A DNA stretch of 37,606 nt from Caldisericota bacterium (GTDB lineage Bacteria > Caldisericota > Caldisericia > JAAYUI01). The notes under the pieces were generated by a model. That model ran no database searches, was not told the DNA's origin, and saw nothing but the letters and a program-made list of their open reading frames with translations. Position numbers and translations under genes: made by a program. The stretch lies in contig JAKPMO010000012.1 of the NCBI GenBank assembly GCA_029548865.1, positions 1 through 37,606 on the forward strand, given 5' to 3'. The number at the start of each line of letters is the position of its first letter. The stretch's first letter is position 1. This document shows positions 35,383 through 37,606 of this stretch, piece after piece.

Positions 35383-36163
35383 ATGAATTGAGTGTTTGGG
35401 ATACTTTATTTGTAGTTACTTCGTTTGGCTTGATGTCAAATTGTGCAAATACCTCGTCCCTGGTTCTGACAAAAAGATCGAAGCACGCGGCAAGAGCCGA
35501 TAGAACCGCGTCTTTATCATAGCCAGAAGCTGTTTTTGACAGCAATATTATTGATTTGGCATCAAGCGTTTTCTCAATGTTTTTGTAGCCATCAAGCTTT
35601 GCATCGCGAAGGTTCATAAGCCTGATGACAAGATACCTGAGTTTTTCCAGTGCGTCCCTGGCGTCCCAGACGTTGTCCCTTAGAAGCCTTTTTCTTACGG
35701 CAAGTGTCCCCCACAGGAAAAGCGATTCTGTGGCTATCAGGGCTTCTATCCTTGCTTTTTTAGGGAGCAACGAGGACTTGCTCTTGAGGGTCGCAGAGAG
35801 GCCCAATGGGTCGTGAAGGGGTTTAATTTCTGAATATGCAGGTGAAGGTTTTACTTCTGATTCTTCAAATACGGTGACAGTCATCTCAACGAGATCGTCA
35901 AACACAAACACTGCACAGCGCTTTGCAGTGTCCGTTCTTATTGGAAGAAGCACCTTGCTTATGCCTTCAACGGTTGGCTGAAGGGAAGAAAACCAGGTGT
36001 CTCCCTTGCTATTTTTTGTGACGACTGTTAGATCAATGTCGCTTAAGTCATCACCGGTTCCCCTGGCCAGTGATCCAGACAGAAAAACTGATATCACGTC
36101 ACTCTCTGTTGTTATTATAGTAAGAAAGGCCTGAAGAAGGTCCTCTTGCCTTTGGGTTGTCAC
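35375..36163 (-). CDS. Pol-beta-superfamily nucleotidyltransferase (aminoglycoside/lincosamide NTase-like architecture)
   Basis: VFLSGSLARGTGDDLSDIDLTV motif plus helical C-terminal domain; start overlaps the guaB stop. Confidence 0.75.
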   Translation of the reverse strand: MTTQRQEDLLQAFLTIITTESDVISVFLSGSLARGTGDDLSDIDLTVVTKNSKGDTWFSSLQPTVEGISKVLLPIRTDTAKRCAVFVFDDLVEMTVTVFEESEVKPSPAYSEIKPLHDPLGLSATLKSKSSLLPKKARIEALIATESLFLWGTLAVRKRLLRDNVWDARDALEKLRYLVIRLMNLRDAKLDGYKNIEKTLDAKSIILLSKTASGYDKDAVLSALAACFDLFVRTRDEVFAQFDIKPNEVTTNKVSQTLNSFR

Positions 36164-37606
36164 CTTGGCACCTCATAGTTTGGGGCTTCTTTTGTTATCT
36201 GGATGTCATGTGGATGTGATTCTCTCAATCCAGCCTGTGTTATTCTGACAAATTTTGCTTTTTCCTGTAATTCCTTTATTGTTTTGGCACCGCAATATCC
36301 CATTCCAGCCTTTAGTCCACCAATCATCTGGTAAACAATGTCCTGGAGCGGTCCTTTGTATGGCACTTTTCCTTCTATGCCTTCTGGGACCAGTTTGCTT
36401 GCATCATCTATGTGGCCTTGTGAATATCTGTCTTTGCTTCCGAGCCTCATTGCGGAGATGGAACCCATGCCTCTGTAGATGATGTATCTTCTGCCTTCGT
36501 AAAGAACCGACTCGCCAGGGCTTTCCTTTGCACCTGCAAACAACGATCCAATCATGACTGATTGTGCGCCAGCAGCCATGGCTTTGACGACATCGCCAGA
36601 ATACCTTATGCCGCCATCAGCAATGATATCAACACCAGATTTTTTGGCTTGTTCATGACACTCCATTACTGCTGAAAGTTGTGGTACTCCTATCCCGGCA
36701 ATGACCCTAGTTGTGCAGATTGAGCCTGGGCCTATTCCAATCTTCACCACTTGCGCACCGGCACCGGCAAGAACCTTGACACCTTCTGAGGTTGCCACGT
36801 TGCCTGCAACAAGAGTCACATTGGGTGCCAGTGTTCTGACTTTTTCAACCGCCCTTATGACGTTTTGTGAGTGGCCGTGTGCAGTATCGACAACCACTAC
36901 ATCAACATCTTTTTTTGCAAGCTCCTGTAGCCTTTCAAAACAGTCTCCGGTGGCGCCGATTGCCGCACCAACTATGAGCCTTCCTCTGGCATCTTTTGCA
37001 GAATTCGGGTATTGGAGCCTTTTTTTGATGTCTTTGATGGTGATCAATCCTTTAAGCTTGAAATTTTCATCTACGACAGGGAGTTTTTCTATGCGGTACC
37101 TGTGAAGTATGGTTATGGCCTGATCGAGGGTTGTACCCACAGGAGCTGTTACCAGTTTGTCTTTTGTCATGATGTCTTCCACTTTTTTGGTCAGGTCTTC
37201 TTCAAACATCATGTCCCTGTTTGTTATGATGCCAATAAGAACGCCAGACTGATTGGTTACTGGGATACCTGAAATGGAGTACTTTCTCATCATGTCGTAG
37301 ACGTCAGATAGTGGCCTATCAGGCAATATGGTGATAGGATTTGTTATCATTCCTGATTCAGAGCGTTTTACCCTGTCAACCTGATCGGCTTGATCATGGA
37401 TTGGCATGTTTTTGTGAATAATGCCAATGCCGCCTTCTCTTGCCAACGCCAAGGCCATTTCAGATTCAGTGACAGTGTCCATTGCCGCTGATAGTAATGG
37501 TATATTGAGCTTGATGGGGCCAAGTGTTGTGCATACGTTAATTTCTGGTGGTGTTATATCTGAGTATTGCGGGACAAGAAGAACATCGTCAAAAGTAAGC
37601 ATCAAC
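36160..37606 (-). CDS. guaB: IMP dehydrogenase (start just outside window)
   Basis: [20 protein letters not shown] pair, [43 protein letters not shown]. Confidence 0.98.
   Translation of the reverse strand, partial: LMLTFDDVLLVPQYSDITPPEINVCTTLGPIKLNIPLLSAAMDTVTESEMALALAREGGIGIIHKNMPIHDQADQVDRVKRSESGMITNPITILPDRPLSDVYDMMRKYSISGIPVTNQSGVLIGIITNRDMMFEEDLTKKVEDIMTKDKLVTAPVGTTLDQAITILHRYRIEKLPVVDENFKLKGLITIKDIKKRLQYPNSAKDARGRLIVGAAIGATGDCFERLQELAKKDVDVVVVDTAHGHSQNVIRAVEKVRTLAPNVTLVAGNVATSEGVKVLAGAGAQVVKIGIGPGSICTTRVIAGIGVPQLSAVMECHEQAKKSGVDIIADGGIRYSGDVVKAMAAGAQSVMIGSLFAGAKESPGESVLYEGRRYIIYRGMGSISAMRLGSKDRYSQGHIDDASKLVPEGIEGKVPYKGPLQDIVYQMIGGLKAGMGYCGAKTIKELQEKAKFVRITQAGLRESHPHDIQITKEAPNYEVPR

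Overview
A gene-dense bacterial chromosomal segment, mostly housekeeping. It holds about 30 CDS and 3 tRNAs, with no recognisable transposase, integrase, phage genes or CRISPR array. Core genes are pcrA (5'-truncated), cutA, an RluA-family pseudouridine synthase, a divergent ychF-like gene, leuS, rpe, uvrC (no C-terminal HhH domain), a SufS-type desulfurase, coaD, rsmD, mglB-mglA and guaB (start just outside the window). Five exported proteins carry copper-amine-oxidase-N-terminal ('stalk') domains. With the anaerobe-type redox genes, this suggests a Caldisericota-like or similar anaerobe (inference only). The most notable region is the minus-strand block 11996-27607. It encodes two TlpA-like lipoproteins, a glutaredoxin, a ferredoxin:thioredoxin-reductase-like enzyme with a rubredoxin tail, and a ~2050-aa secreted M28 peptidase. 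That peptidase has two thioredoxin domains, apparently inserted into Ig/BACON repeats, that resemble the two TlpA lipoproteins; together these genes are a candidate surface 'reduce-and-cleave' thiol-redox/proteolysis system. Other oddities are a gingipain-like (C25) protease with cohesin and stalk domains next to a protein with dockerin-like Ca-binding loops, a free-standing tRNA-Ile/tRNA-Ala pair without rRNA, a kinase-less PASTA lipoprotein before rpe, and a LeuRS with an SVGH signature. All domain calls come from motif recognition by eye; no database searches were run.
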